DNA of 63,799 bases, counting the filler, from Octopus bimaculoides (Eukaryota), in assembly GCF_001194135.2 (NCBI RefSeq). It is 7 parts of 6 records of this genome, joined end to end, with 100 filler letters (N's around TTAATTAATTAA, not from the genome) between each part and the next. Parts side by side here need not be neighbours in the genome. Positions count along the whole stretch, not along the records: positions 9,751 to 17,283 come from NC_068983.1; positions 17,384 to 49,149 come from NC_069004.1; 5 more parts are not named here. The stretch is one strand, 5' to 3'. Below the pieces are notes generated by a model. The model was not told the DNA's origin and did not search any database. It was given only the letters and a program-made list of their open reading frames with translations. Every line of letters begins with the position of its first letter. The first letter of the stretch is position 1. Shown piece after piece: positions 11,620 to 23,570 of this stretch. A program made the position numbers and the translations under genes.

Positions 11620-11990
11620 GGGCGAAAGAATAATAATTCTTTCTTAATTGGCCTCAAGGGCCACGAAAACATTTAGAACAATACAAAGGACAGTCGGGAT
11701 TTACATAGAAAAGTGTAAACAATAAAAACAATAGGAAACAAAATCATCAGTTATGAGGAAAACACCATCCTGGGGCAACCAAGGAACTTCACAGATCTCG
11801 AGCCACTCTACTCACTGGGATTACCATGGCAAGTGCTCCTCTCTCCTTCGTTCTTCTCAGCCTATAGATGTTAGTTTAGAGAAGACTCACTCGGGCCATC
11901 CTCGCCACATGTACTCACCTTTCAACGAATTTACTGGATTTGGATAGCATATCCATCTCAGACCCCCATCTTTCCTTTCAAATGGAATTT
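11620..11990 (-). mobile_element. Probable L1/Tx1-like LINE 3' end fragment
   Basis: Minus strand reads KFVER*VHVARMARV, followed by a T-rich UTR-like segment. Confidence 0.4.
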
Positions 11991-11999
11991 TAAAAAAAG

Positions 12000-12425
12000 T
12001 CATTGAAGTTACACAAATAAAAGAACTGGACGCCATTGCATAGTGCCAAGGACTCCAAATTTGCCATCAAGACGTAGGACAAGATACTGCAATAGCCTGG
12101 GCTTCAGAGGCCCACAGCTTTTCAATATCCTCCCGAAGGACCTGAAAGACCTGCATGCGGTGGATGTAGGTGTCTTCAAGATGAGGCTGGACCTCTTCCT
12201 TTCAGGTGTCCCAGATGAGCCAACTTCACGGCAGGAGGTGCAGATGAGAGCAGCTGCATCAAACTCTCTCATGCACCAAATGTCAATTCCTGAAGTAAAA
12301 TTCGTGAAGTAAAATTCGTGAAGTAAAATTGTGTAGCAACACCAAATGGCGGTGCCTCAGCATGGCCACAGCTCATGAGCTGAAACTAGATAAAATGAAA
12401 ATAAAAAATGAAAAATGAAAATGAG
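12000..12425 (+). mobile_element. CR1-group LINE 3' end
   Basis: RTGRHCIVPRTP..RYCNSLGFRGPQLFNILPKDL..VFKMRLDLFLSGVPDEP is a typical CR1 ORF2 C-terminus. The 3' UTR ends in an (AAAATG)n tail. Confidence 0.85.
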
Positions 12426-12848
12426 GTTTTGGGCTGAAGAGGAAAGTGTCTGTCTTTAGTGCTTTCAGTTTCGTTCACCACACAACCTCTTTCGCCATGG
12501 TCACCAAACAGAGAAAAACTGCCTGCAGTTACCGACCGAAAGAAAAGGAGTGGTGGGTGATCTTCATGATGGAATCGGCTGATAGTCGGATCCAATGGGA
12601 GAAAGACGAAGAAGAAGAGGAGAAAAAGAAGAGGAGGAAGAAGACAAAGAAAAGGAAAGAGAAGAAAGAATAGAGAAGAATGGGAAGAAGGAAAATTTCT
12701 GTGTTGGTCAGAAATTGGATACCATTATTTATAGTAATTCCCCGTTCTTTATTCTTCAATGTTTGATAATTGACAAACCCCTTGCTAGGGTCTCTCCCCT
12801 CTCTCTTTGTCTCTCTCACACTATCTCTCTCGATGTATACATACATAC

Positions 12849-12889
<41 letters not shown>

Positions 12890-13574
12890 NNNNNNNNNNN
12901 NNNNNNNNNNNNNNNNNNNNNNNNNNNNNNNNNNNNNNNNNNNNNNNNNNNNNNNNNNNNNNNNNNNNNNNNNNNNNNNNNNNNNNNNNNNNNNNNNNNN
13001 NNNNNNNNNNNNNNNNNNNNNNNNNNNNNNNNNNNNNNNNNNNNNNNNNNNNNNNNNNNNNNNNNNNNNNNNNNNNNNNNNNNNNNNNNNNNNNNNNNNN
13101 NNNNNNNNNNNNNNNNNNNNNNNNNNNNNNNNNNNNNNNNNNNTTCTTCTTCTTCTTCTTCTTCTTCTTCTTCTTCTTCTTCTTCTTCTTCTTCTTTTCC
13201 TTTTTTTTTTGTTTCCCTTTCTATAGACATTAGTTCAGAACACAAGATTGCATTGATGAAGAACTGCAGGCAGTGGCGCCACCGTTCTGCCAAGATGGGA
13301 TTCTTATGAAGGCTGTATTGTTATTTGTTGAACATGTGAAAAAAGCTGCATATCTTTTGGTCGGCAAGGGAAAAAAAAAACATAAACTTAATGTAACAAC
13401 AAAAACAACAACAACAACAACAACAGTATAATAAAACAATGGGTTCGTTTTAATAACTGAGACATGACACACACGCGCACGCATACACGCAGGCACACAT
13501 ACATAAATACAGCGATATATTTAAACTCAATGTCACGAATACACACCTCTGTATGTATGCATGCATGCAGGTAT

Positions 13575-13608
<34 letters not shown>

Positions 13609-13694
13609 ATACACACACACCTGTGTGGGTTGTCTAGCAGGCATAATATTGGATGCTAGACCTTCTTATACGTTGAAGCCAATGGTAGAATCCA

Positions 13695-13727
<33 letters not shown>

Positions 13728-14174
13728 TAATACATATGCGCACAGGCACACAGGTATAATAGCACACACGTATATAAGCACACACAAACGTTTTGGGTTG
13801 ACTGTTAAAAATAAAGACTACGCAATATCATAGTAGAGATTAATAATATAGCTTATTTTAGTCATGTCAGTTTGTTGCTACTCAGAGTTTCACCTGTGGT
13901 TATACATTATTTGAAGATCCTATGCAACCACAGGTGAAACTCAGAGAAACTAGAGACTTACTCGACCAGAAAAAAAAAATATTTAGCTACTGGTTCATTT
14001 ACAAAACAACTTTCTTGTTACTAACATGAACTAGAAACTTCTTATGATCCCATGAAGTTGTAATTGTTTCATTAATTTCCAAGTCATGATTAACAAAGTT
14101 GAAACCAGTTGACTATGTAAATATTTTATCTCATACAAATATATACATTCTGTGAATTTTCCTTCTTATATTTC

Positions 14175-14213
<39 letters not shown>

Positions 14214-15834
14214 AATATATATAGACACACGCACACATATATATATGCATATGTGTGTATATATATACACATATATACATATATACACACACATGCATAT
14301 ATATATATATGTGTATGTATATATATATATATATNNNNNNNNNNNNNNNNNNNNNNNNNNNNNNNNNNNNNNNNNNNNNNNNNNNNNNNNNNNNNNNNNN
14401 NNNNNNNNNNNNNNNNNNNNNNNNNNNNNNNNNNNNNNNNNNNNNNNNNNNNNNNNNNNNNNNNNNNNNNNNNNNNNNNNNNNNNNNNNNNNNNNNNNNN
14501 NNNNNNNNNNNNNNNNNNNNNNNNNNNNNNNNNNNNNNNNNNNNNNNNNNNNNNNNNNNNNNNNNNNNNNNNNNNNNNNNNNNNNNNNNNNNNNNNNNNN
14601 NNNNNNNNNNNNNNNNNNNNNNNNNNNNNNNNNNNNNNNNNNNNNNNNNNNNNNNNNNNNNNNNNNNNNNNNNNNNNNNNNNNNNNNNNNNNNNNNNNNN
14701 NNNNNNNNNNNNNNNNNNNNNNNNNNNNNNNNNNNNNNNNNNNNNNNNNNNNNNNNNNNNNNNNNNNNNNNNNNNNNNNNNNNNNNNNNNNNNNNNNNNN
14801 NNNNNNNNNNNNNNNNNNNNNNNNNNNNNNNNNNNNNNNNNNNNNNNNNNNNNNNNNNNNNNNNNNNNNNNNNNNNNNNNNNNNNNNNNNNNNNNNNNNN
14901 NNNNNNNNNNNNNNNNNNNNNNNNNNNNNNNNNNNNNNNNNNNNNNNNNNNNNNNNNNNNNNNNNNNNNNNNNNNNNNNNNNNNNNNNTATATATATATA
15001 TATATATATATGACCATCTTTCTTTTGATGCACGAACGTTTAAAAGAACGGGCGTGTTTTCTCTCTCTCTTCTATCTTTTCTCTTTTCACAAAGGTATTT
15101 TACCCACCATTCACTATTTTCCTTTCGTTCTGGTCTAACTACCTACCATGTTTGTTTTCGTTCGGTTTCCTTGTATGTCTCCACTGTCATTTTCCCCGCC
15201 AACCTTGACCCTCCATAAATCCTAAATTTTGTTTTAGAATGCGAGCAACTGTCTTTGAATACTCGTATTGTCGTTGAATGCTAGAAATGAGGAGTATATA
15301 GCCAGCCGACAACTGATGAAGGGTCCTTTCTCTGTGTTTACTTGTTCTGTTTTCCATTTTTTCTCGTTGTTCACGTATTTCACTCATTTTTCCCTAATTT
15401 GTTAACGTATTTCATGTTATTTGTACTGTTGGTGACGTCCTGTACCCATATATGCATGTATATAATACAAATAATAAATGAGTATATGCATATATACGTA
15501 CATGTATGTACATACCTACATCCACATGTATATGTAGATGCATATCTGGGTACAGGACGTTGCAAGGTACTCAGATATCTGGATGGTTGTACATTTACAG
15601 ATTTTTATTTATATGTCACATGTTTTATAAATATTAGCGCTTGCCTCTATTCTTGTAGATTCTTCAGATATGATTTCACTTCAGAGGATTTGCCTCTTTT
15701 TATAGTATTATTGAATGTGTAGGGGTGGAGAGAGATATATAGGATAGTAAAAGAGGGCGAGGAATGGGAGGGAGGGAAGTACCTTATTATTTTTTCTAAT
15801 ATGTAATTCCTGTACATCACCTCCAAACCTTCCA

Positions 15835-15923
<89 letters not shown>

Positions 15924-16689
15924 TATATATATATATATACATACATATATATGTATACATATATCACATTATTTATTATTATGTATATATATGTATCTAT
16001 GTGTGTATATATATATATATAATTGCGCGTATGTTTGTATACTGTTACTACACAATATAGCCATACATTTTGACTACTTTATATAACAGACACAGGTAAA
16101 TATCTTCATTTCCCACAGAGTACCTTTGTGGACAGAAGTGGGAATCAGCCGACCTAGTTTCAATCGTATTGAAAGATCTTCATTAGCGACCGAGAACTCT
16201 CTCTCTCTGTGTCTGCCTACAAAGTCACTGTTTATAAAATCATAATTATTAGGGACTTAAGCAAATCCGATAGACCGATTTAACAACTAGTTCGATTAAT
16301 CAATTACAGACATTTAGCCCTGTATTATTTCATTGTTATATTCTATTATATGAAATGATATATTCAGAATGTATCCACAAAGAGATTGCATGTGAAGATA
16401 AGTTGCTTACATCTGTCTATTATTTACATTGTGAAATCACATGGCTTCGTGGTCAGGGAATTTGGCTCACGATTGTAGGATCGAGAGTTCGGTTCCTGGC
16501 GGCGCGTTGATTCCTTGAGCAAGACACTTTTTTTTCACGTTGCACCAGTGCCCTCAGTTCGCGAAAATCGATGGTACCTGCAATTCAAAAGGCCGGCCTT
16601 GTCACATTCTGTGTCGCGCTGAATCATGTCGTTGTTAACGACGGAGTTCCAGTTTTATATATATTCTTTTCTACACTAGGTACAAGGCC

Positions 16690-17075
16690 CAAAATTATTG
16701 GGGAGGTGGGGCCAGTCGATTAGATCGACCCCAGTACGCAACTGGTACCTAATTTATCGACTCTGAAAGGATGAAAGGCAAAGTCGACCTCAGCGGAATT
16801 TGAACTCAGAACGTATAGACAGACGAAATAGCGCTAAGCATTTCGACCGGCGCGCTAACGTTTCTTTTTCTTTATTGCCCACAAGGGGCTAAACATAAAG
16901 GGTACAAACAAGGACAGACAAAGGGATTAAGTCGATTACATCGACGCCGGTGCGTAACTGGTACTTAATTTATCGACCTCGAAAGGATGAAAGGCAAAGT
17001 TGACCTTGGCAGAATTTGAACTCAGAACGTAAAGACAGACGAAATAGCGCTAAGCGTTTCTGCCAGCTCGCCGCC
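16690..17075 (-). mobile_element. Two tandem copies of the second SINE family
   Basis: GGTAC.TAATTTATCGAC..GAAAGGATGAAAGGCAAAGT.GACCT..GCAGAATTTGAACTCAGAACGTA occurs twice. Confidence 0.8.
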
Positions 17076-17099
17076 TTGTAACCGATGTATACTGTTTTA

Positions 17100-17283
17100 T
17101 TCTTTTCTTTTATTTGTTTCAGTCATTTCATTGCGGCCATGCTGGAGCACAGCCTTTAGTCGAACAAATCGACCCTAGAATTTATTTTGTAAGCTTAGCG
17201 ATTATTCTATTGGAATCTTTTGCCGAACCACTAAGTCACGGGACATAAACATACTAAAAGCAGTTGTCAAAAGGTGATTGTGG
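17100..17283 (-). mobile_element. 3' half of the abundant SINE
   Basis: Reverse of the 10700-10826 sequence. Confidence 0.75.
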
Positions 17284-17383
17284 NNNNNNNNNNNNNNNNN
17301 NNNNNNNNNNNNNNNNNNNNNNNNNNNTTAATTAATTAANNNNNNNNNNNNNNNNNNNNNNNNNNNNNNNNNNNNNNNNNNNN

Positions 17384-17423
<40 letters not shown>

Positions 17424-19099
17424 TATATATGTGTGTGTGTGTGTGTGTGTGTACATGGGAATTACTAAAGTAATTATTTTGAAATGTTGAATGACAACAC
17501 TGCAGCTTTTATTTCTTTCTTAGAAACCAGCTCCCTCCTTCTAGGAAGAAGTCTAACAAATAAGAAAAAAGTGAACACGCACACACACACGCACAAGCAT
17601 TTAAAGGAGAAGAGAGGAGTTGAGGAAAAGAAATTCACACACATATACATACTGTATATGATTAATGAATCAAAGGACATTTGGTATGTATATATGTCAT
17701 ATGCACTTAGGAGGCTAGAAAAACAAAGTGCACACTTATGCTAACAAATTAACTCAAGTTAATTGAAGTGCACTTCCTCCCATTCTCCAAATTACAATAT
17801 CATCACATACATGCCATTCCATCCATTCAAATCAATAATCCAGAGGATGAGTAGGCTCCTAAGTGATTGTTTAACCAGCCAGAAATAGCAGTCAAATTTA
17901 CCTTAAATTGTAGTCTTTTCACTAAGAAAAGATAAAAACAGTGGATAATGCAGCAGTAGATACACTATAGATGAGAGAAAAAGGTAAAAATTGGAATTGA
18001 TTTGACCTTTGATCAAAGCTCAACTCAATAAAGACTGATCTGGGTTTAAACAACAATAACAACTACAATCAGTAACAATAGCAAGCTCCCTCCCATCATA
18101 GCCAACAGGATGGAGTTTGCTAAAACATTTCCTACCAATCATCTTAGAAAAGGATGGACCTATTACCTATGTAGTACTTGATAGTCTATGTTATATCAAT
18201 GAATACGGTAGTCATGGGTGGATGATTTTGATCAAGAATAACCTCAATCAGGGTTAACCTGGAGCTTAAACAACAACAATAGTAATCATAACGTTCATTG
18301 CCATTCTCTTCTAACCTTTCTAGAATCTAAACTACTGGAGTAAACAGGGGTCACTATCTGAGTCAATGAGGGGAAGGAAATTTCTACATGGATATTTGAC
18401 CTGTTAGAAATTGCACTGAAACTTACTCAACACCTTAAAAAAAAAAGAGAAAGTGATTTTAGATAATGTTATCCTAGATACATTTGGCCAATAGGAAAAG
18501 ATGTAATGGTTACAGAATGAGCAAATTTTAGCCCCAGGTTTGACCTGGAGCTAAACATCAACAAACTACTACTAACGTTTCTCCATAACCAGCACCAGCA
18601 CCAACCCTACCAATACTATCATATATAATACCAATTTCATCATTGTCATCATCATCATCATCATCATCACCACCACCACCTTCTGACTGAAGAGTTAATT
18701 TTTATTCCATGTACAGTATATACCACAAAATAGGTTGTTCAGCTTATAATTATTTCTGTTGTGTTGCCTGTTAATTTAATGTCAATCAGATCATTAAGTT
18801 GAAGTGTCATTAACAAAAGAAAAGAAAAGAAGAAAGAAAGAGGATAAAGAACATGCATCTTTGTGTGATGCATGTTGAAACACGTATTATCTAACAGTAG
18901 TTTTAATGTAAGCATAACTGACTCAATATAAAATCACAGACACTTTAACATAAATACACTAGAAGATGGAGAATAGAGATGTATTTAGAAGTAACAACTA
19001 AGTTCCAGGTTCAATACTAATATATGGATCATTGGGTCTCAGTGTGACCAATGCCTTGCGAGTGAAATCTGGTACACAGAAACTTTGAGAAAACCCATG

Positions 19100-19694
19100 A
19101 TACAGCTTAGTTACCTGTATAGTTAATCAGGTTATTCAGGAAGGCACCATCCCCAACGATGGGTGTAGTAGTATTATAGTTAGCTGCTACAAGGGTAAAG
19201 GTGATGCCTTAGGTAGAAACAACTACAGAGGTATTAAACTGTTATACCAAGCCGTGAAAGTTACTGAGAGAATTATAGCTCAATTGATTAGAAATAGAAT
19301 TAAAGTAGATGAGATGCAGTTTGGTTTTGTACCTGGGAAGAGTACCACAGATGCCATCTTCCTAGTGAGACAGCTGCAGGAAAAGTATTTGGCCAAAAGT
19401 AAGCCATTGTACTTAGCCTTTGTCGACCTGGAGAAAGCTTTCAACGGAGTTCCCCACTCTGTTATATAGTGGTCTCTAAGGAAGTTACGAGTAGAGGAGT
19501 GGCTTATTATAGCTGCACAAGCCATATACAGTGGTGCTGTCAGTAAGGTGAGAGTCGGCCACGAATACAATGATGAATTTAGCATACAAGTAGGGTTTCA
19601 CCAAGGCTCAGTTCTCAGCCAACTCTTATTCATTATAGTCCTGCAGGCCATAACAGAGGAATTCAAAACTGGATGTCGGTGGGAACTGCTATAT
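19100..19694 (+). mobile_element. RTE-clade LINE RT fragment
   Basis: YKGKGDALGRNNYRGIKLL..MQFGFVPGKSTTDAIF..AFVDLEKAF..GFHQGSVLS..WELLY. It stops just before YADD and has an internal stop. Confidence 0.9.
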
Positions 19695-20104
19695 TGTTAT
19701 TATATTTATCCTACATTATATCAGTGATGCAACCCCCAAAAACTAACTCACTAGTCAGTATCATTAGAAAGTAGCCGGTATAATGAAATAGGAGCTTTAT
19801 TTGCATATCCCTAAGGTTACCTTAAACAAATTTAAAAGATACACACACCAGGCTTCTTTCAGTTTCCATCTACCAAATCCACTCACAAAGCTAAATATAT
19901 TTTGAATTAATCAGAAACAAAAGTCATTTTGGTGTTTATGATTGTTAAAATAAGAAATGAAGTAACAGTTTATACAGATTAGGAGGTAAACATGTAGTGA
20001 TTGAAGTACTTACTCAGTTTTAGCTTTTGACTTTATGTCTTTTTTTACCCAAGAAAGAATTCTTAAAAACCAATTAAACATTACAGCTACCATTTCCCTT
20101 TCCA

Positions 20105-20365
20105 CCACTAGATGTCATAGGGGCCAGTAGGCAGAAGGCCAACAGGTTGGCTGTGGAGGCAGCAGAGGTTGCCTGAAGATGGTTAGGATCAGAAGGTGGA
20201 AGCTCTGGAAGGGACAATGCTACTTGTGATAATGCTAACTGGACACAACAGGGGCTTGATCAACCTCCAGTTGGGCTGCCAGGGTGAGTATGTCTGATGT
20301 TGAAAGACTAAAAACACCTAATAACCCCCAGAAACATCACTGATGATGCATCCAGATGCATAGGA
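20105..20365 (+). mobile_element. 3' end of a Hero/R2-like (RLE-type) non-LTR retrotransposon
   Basis: ANRLAVEAAEVA*RWL resembles the AERASRWLW C-terminus. The UTR TGATGTTGAAAGAC..AAACACC..ACATCACTGATGATG matches my recollection of Hero 3' UTRs. Confidence 0.55.
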
Positions 20366-21032
20366 TTATGTATGTAAAAAAATAGGTCTAAATATTTATT
20401 AGCTTGAGATATATTTATATCTGCTAATACTTACCATTTATTATGACTGAAACTATTTCTAAACTGTGAGTTTATCTCTTATCTACTAGGTTGTCATCTT
20501 CATATGTCATATACTTTTGCAGTGCATTGATGACATTACAACAAAAGTTTTCTTGATTAAGCATTGAGTTCTCCCATCAGATGACGCCATAGCATTACTT
20601 CATTCTGATTTTCTCATAGTGTTTTCTTGGCAGAGATATTGGGGTGGTATACTTTCCCCAATTGGATAGCCATTGGCCCACAAGGTCTACTAGATCACTG
20701 ATGCATAATAATCTAAAAAATTACAACCTTCTCAGGCAAACTTGTATACTTAGTGAATAAGTGCAATGCTGCACTCAGTTTATAGATAGAGGTTCCGAGT
20801 TCAAATCTAGTCACATTGAAGAATAAAACAACTAGTGATGACTGAAGGGGAAACCAATCAAAATGTTGTATAGAGGTAACTATTGGAAACAAAAATTGAT
20901 TTAGTAAACCTTTTAGTGAAACTTTTTGTCAGTAATAACTGTGACAGTTTCTGTTGTTACATTTTGTTATAACTAATTGTTTATTTGTCTATTTTCAGAA
21001 AATATGATCATTCAATAACAGAGAGCTGAGAG

Positions 21033-22172
21033 ATGACTGAACAGGTATCATCACAGTATCTTAATAATGGCATGAAAGATGGTCACATAGCACTTCAGGA
21101 ACAGCCAATATTACAACCAGCTAGCACTACAAAGCCAGACAGTGATGTGGAAGCTCGAGTTAATCAGTTCATGCAAACTACAGGGCGAAGTTTACAAGGG
21201 CAGTATTGGCGCCGGAGTGCATTTGAACTTTCTAAATGGCTTACAGCTCAAATACAATATGAACGTCAAGGTTGGCAGTTGAAACTGCAAACAGCATTAA
21301 AAGAGATAGAAAGCTATCGAAAAGAAGCTTTAATTGCTGATAAAATATTAACAGATAGCTTACAAGCTTTACTGAATTGTCTGGAGACATGTTCTATAAA
21401 TTACACTAAAAAAGTAATCTCTGTAAATAAGAAGAAAAATATTTTTATAGAATATGTAGATTTGTTGACTGAGTTATTGCAATTTTTAATTCAAGAACGC
21501 CTGCAGTGTCTTTGTCTAATGGAGAGGAAACCTGATATAAAAGTGAACCTTGTAGAATGCATACATCAATTTTTAGAAAGTGAACTTAAATCAGCCAAAC
21601 AAGTACGGTCTCAAGCAATAAAACAAGAACAGGAATTACGTTCAATAATAACTGAACTTAAGAAAGATAAAGAGAATTTTCAAAAGATGGCTCTTTATTC
21701 AAGCTGGATTACAACTAATAAGATACAGAAGGATTCTAACACTGTCAAAAAGTATAAAAAATATTCAGTTGAACCAACAATAAATTTGATTTTATCAAAC
21801 ACCAGCAGCAACAACAATGGTAGAGTAAGAAGCAAGCAGCAGGCAAATAGATCCCAAATAACAGAACATAACAGTTCCATTAACAATGTCACTTCTGATC
21901 TTTTAAAAGAAATAGAAGCTCAAGAATCACTGACATGTCTAAGTAATATGCAAACTGATAAAAATGGAAAGACATTTACTGTAAGCAATCAAATAAATCT
22001 GAATGAAATCACCATAAAACCTAACAAAATTGCTCATTGTGAATATAGAACAGTGAGAGAGGGTTGTGACCCAACTGAAGAGCCAGTTGGTAATGTTATG
22101 AAAGCTCAATACAATCTACCCCCTATTAAAGTTTGGCCACGACAAATAAGGGTTAGAAGATTATCAACCTGA
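21033..22172 (+). CDS. Uncharacterised 379-aa protein: coiled-coil N-terminal/central region, S/N-rich tail; single coding exon
   Basis: Intact 1140-bp ORF in 65-70% AT DNA. Splice acceptor TTTTCAG| at 20998, in-frame TGA 6 nt upstream of the ATG. Heptad-like LQTALKEIESYRKEAL and EQELRSIITELKKDKE. No TE motifs. Confidence 0.8.
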   Translation: MTEQVSSQYLNNGMKDGHIALQEQPILQPASTTKPDSDVEARVNQFMQTTGRSLQGQYWRRSAFELSKWLTAQIQYERQGWQLKLQTALKEIESYRKEALIADKILTDSLQALLNCLETCSINYTKKVISVNKKKNIFIEYVDLLTELLQFLIQERLQCLCLMERKPDIKVNLVECIHQFLESELKSAKQVRSQAIKQEQELRSIITELKKDKENFQKMALYSSWITTNKIQKDSNTVKKYKKYSVEPTINLILSNTSSNNNGRVRSKQQANRSQITEHNSSINNVTSDLLKEIEAQESLTCLSNMQTDKNGKTFTVSNQINLNEITIKPNKIAHCEYRTVREGCDPTEEPVGNVMKAQYNLPPIKVWPRQIRVRRLST

Positions 22173-23516
22173 AACAGCAAAAAAAAAAAAAATGTTTATT
22201 TAAAGGTAACATATCTTTATATTTATAATTGTTTGAGCTAGTTTCCTTTCCTTATGTGAAAGTGATAAGTATAACAATTCTCAGCCATCATCCAATGAAA
22301 CCATCAAGGACCAATGATATCATGTATTTGCAAGATTTGGGGCTAATAGTCTACAAGTTATCACTCTGCAGTAGATGCAGTTTATTTCAGCCTACTGGGC
22401 TGGAGTCGTGTGAAATGAAATGCCTTGCTCATGATACAACTAGTTGCTTGGTTCAGGAATTGAACCCATGACACTATGATTATCAGTCCATTCTAACCAT
22501 TAGACCATGCATCTGCACAAGTAAAACAGTACTTTTGTTTAAATATCTTAAGATGAATTGTTAAAACAATTACACTTTACATTTCTAAAGATGAAATTAT
22601 TACTATTTCTTGATCTATTAAGTCCATCTTTAAAAATGCTAAGTGTTGTACTCAGGATAGTAATACTTTTAGTCACCAAGCCACCGTTTTATCCACACAT
22701 TGTCATTGACCTCACGAATAACAACATTATTACCCTTGGTTTAGAAATACATGTTCCTGGCTCAAATACAGTCTGGTGCTATATGCAAGAATACGAAACA
22801 TAATGATGATTGGAAATCAAATGGATGAAAATGTAATGTAGATGTAAATACTAAAACATTATATCATTTTAAAAATTATAACTGTATTATTACTTTTGGT
22901 ATTGTGTCAAATAGGGAATTTATTAATGTAATTAAACTTTACCTCTTAATTTTTCAGTTTTTCTATTTTATTTTTATGTGCACATACCTAGACATTCATA
23001 TAAATACATTACCTCTCACAGATATGTATGCACATAGACACATACATGCACATAGACATGTACAAACACAAATACTCTCACATGATTATGATTACACACA
23101 TACATTTACATACTGAAAGAAATTGCATGCATTCAAAAGTAAATAGCTCTTTGAACATTTGAGCTAAAAAGGGGTTCAATGAGTCCCTCATTGGGTCACT
23201 GCATTATAAGCTGTGGATTAGCAGAATTGTGAGGGACAAGACAAAATGCTTGTAGGATTTAGATTAAATTCCTTTACATTCTTCAGTTTCAACTCTGTCA
23301 ATGTCAGCTTTGCTGTTCATCTTGCAAAGTTGTAAAATACATTATAACTCATGTACTGAGGTCAATTTAACATTGAATGGAATTATTACAAAAGATTATC
23401 AAAAGGATATCTTTGCTGCACAATGGCATACATCCACTCCAGCTGTTTAGAGAACAGATCAGCACTTCTTTATGCAGCTATCCTAGTCCATACATAGCAC
23501 ATGGCCATACCAGTGC

Positions 23517-23557
<41 letters not shown>

Positions 23558-23570
23558 GCATGCATGTATG

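Noticed and set aside
14152-15218. Long ORFs made of X, YI, CV, HT, RE or LS runs (also near 5100, 10700, 12500, 40500, 55300 and 59900)
   Set aside because: Artefacts of N gaps and dinucleotide microsatellites.
15305-15345. CTGATGAAGGG as a hammerhead core
   Set aside because: No stem II closure or correctly placed GAAA/NUH could be found.
7927-21033. Divergent gene pair sharing a bidirectional promoter
   Set aside because: Two assembly joins (9651, 17284) separate them, and no upstream exon of the plus gene could be identified.
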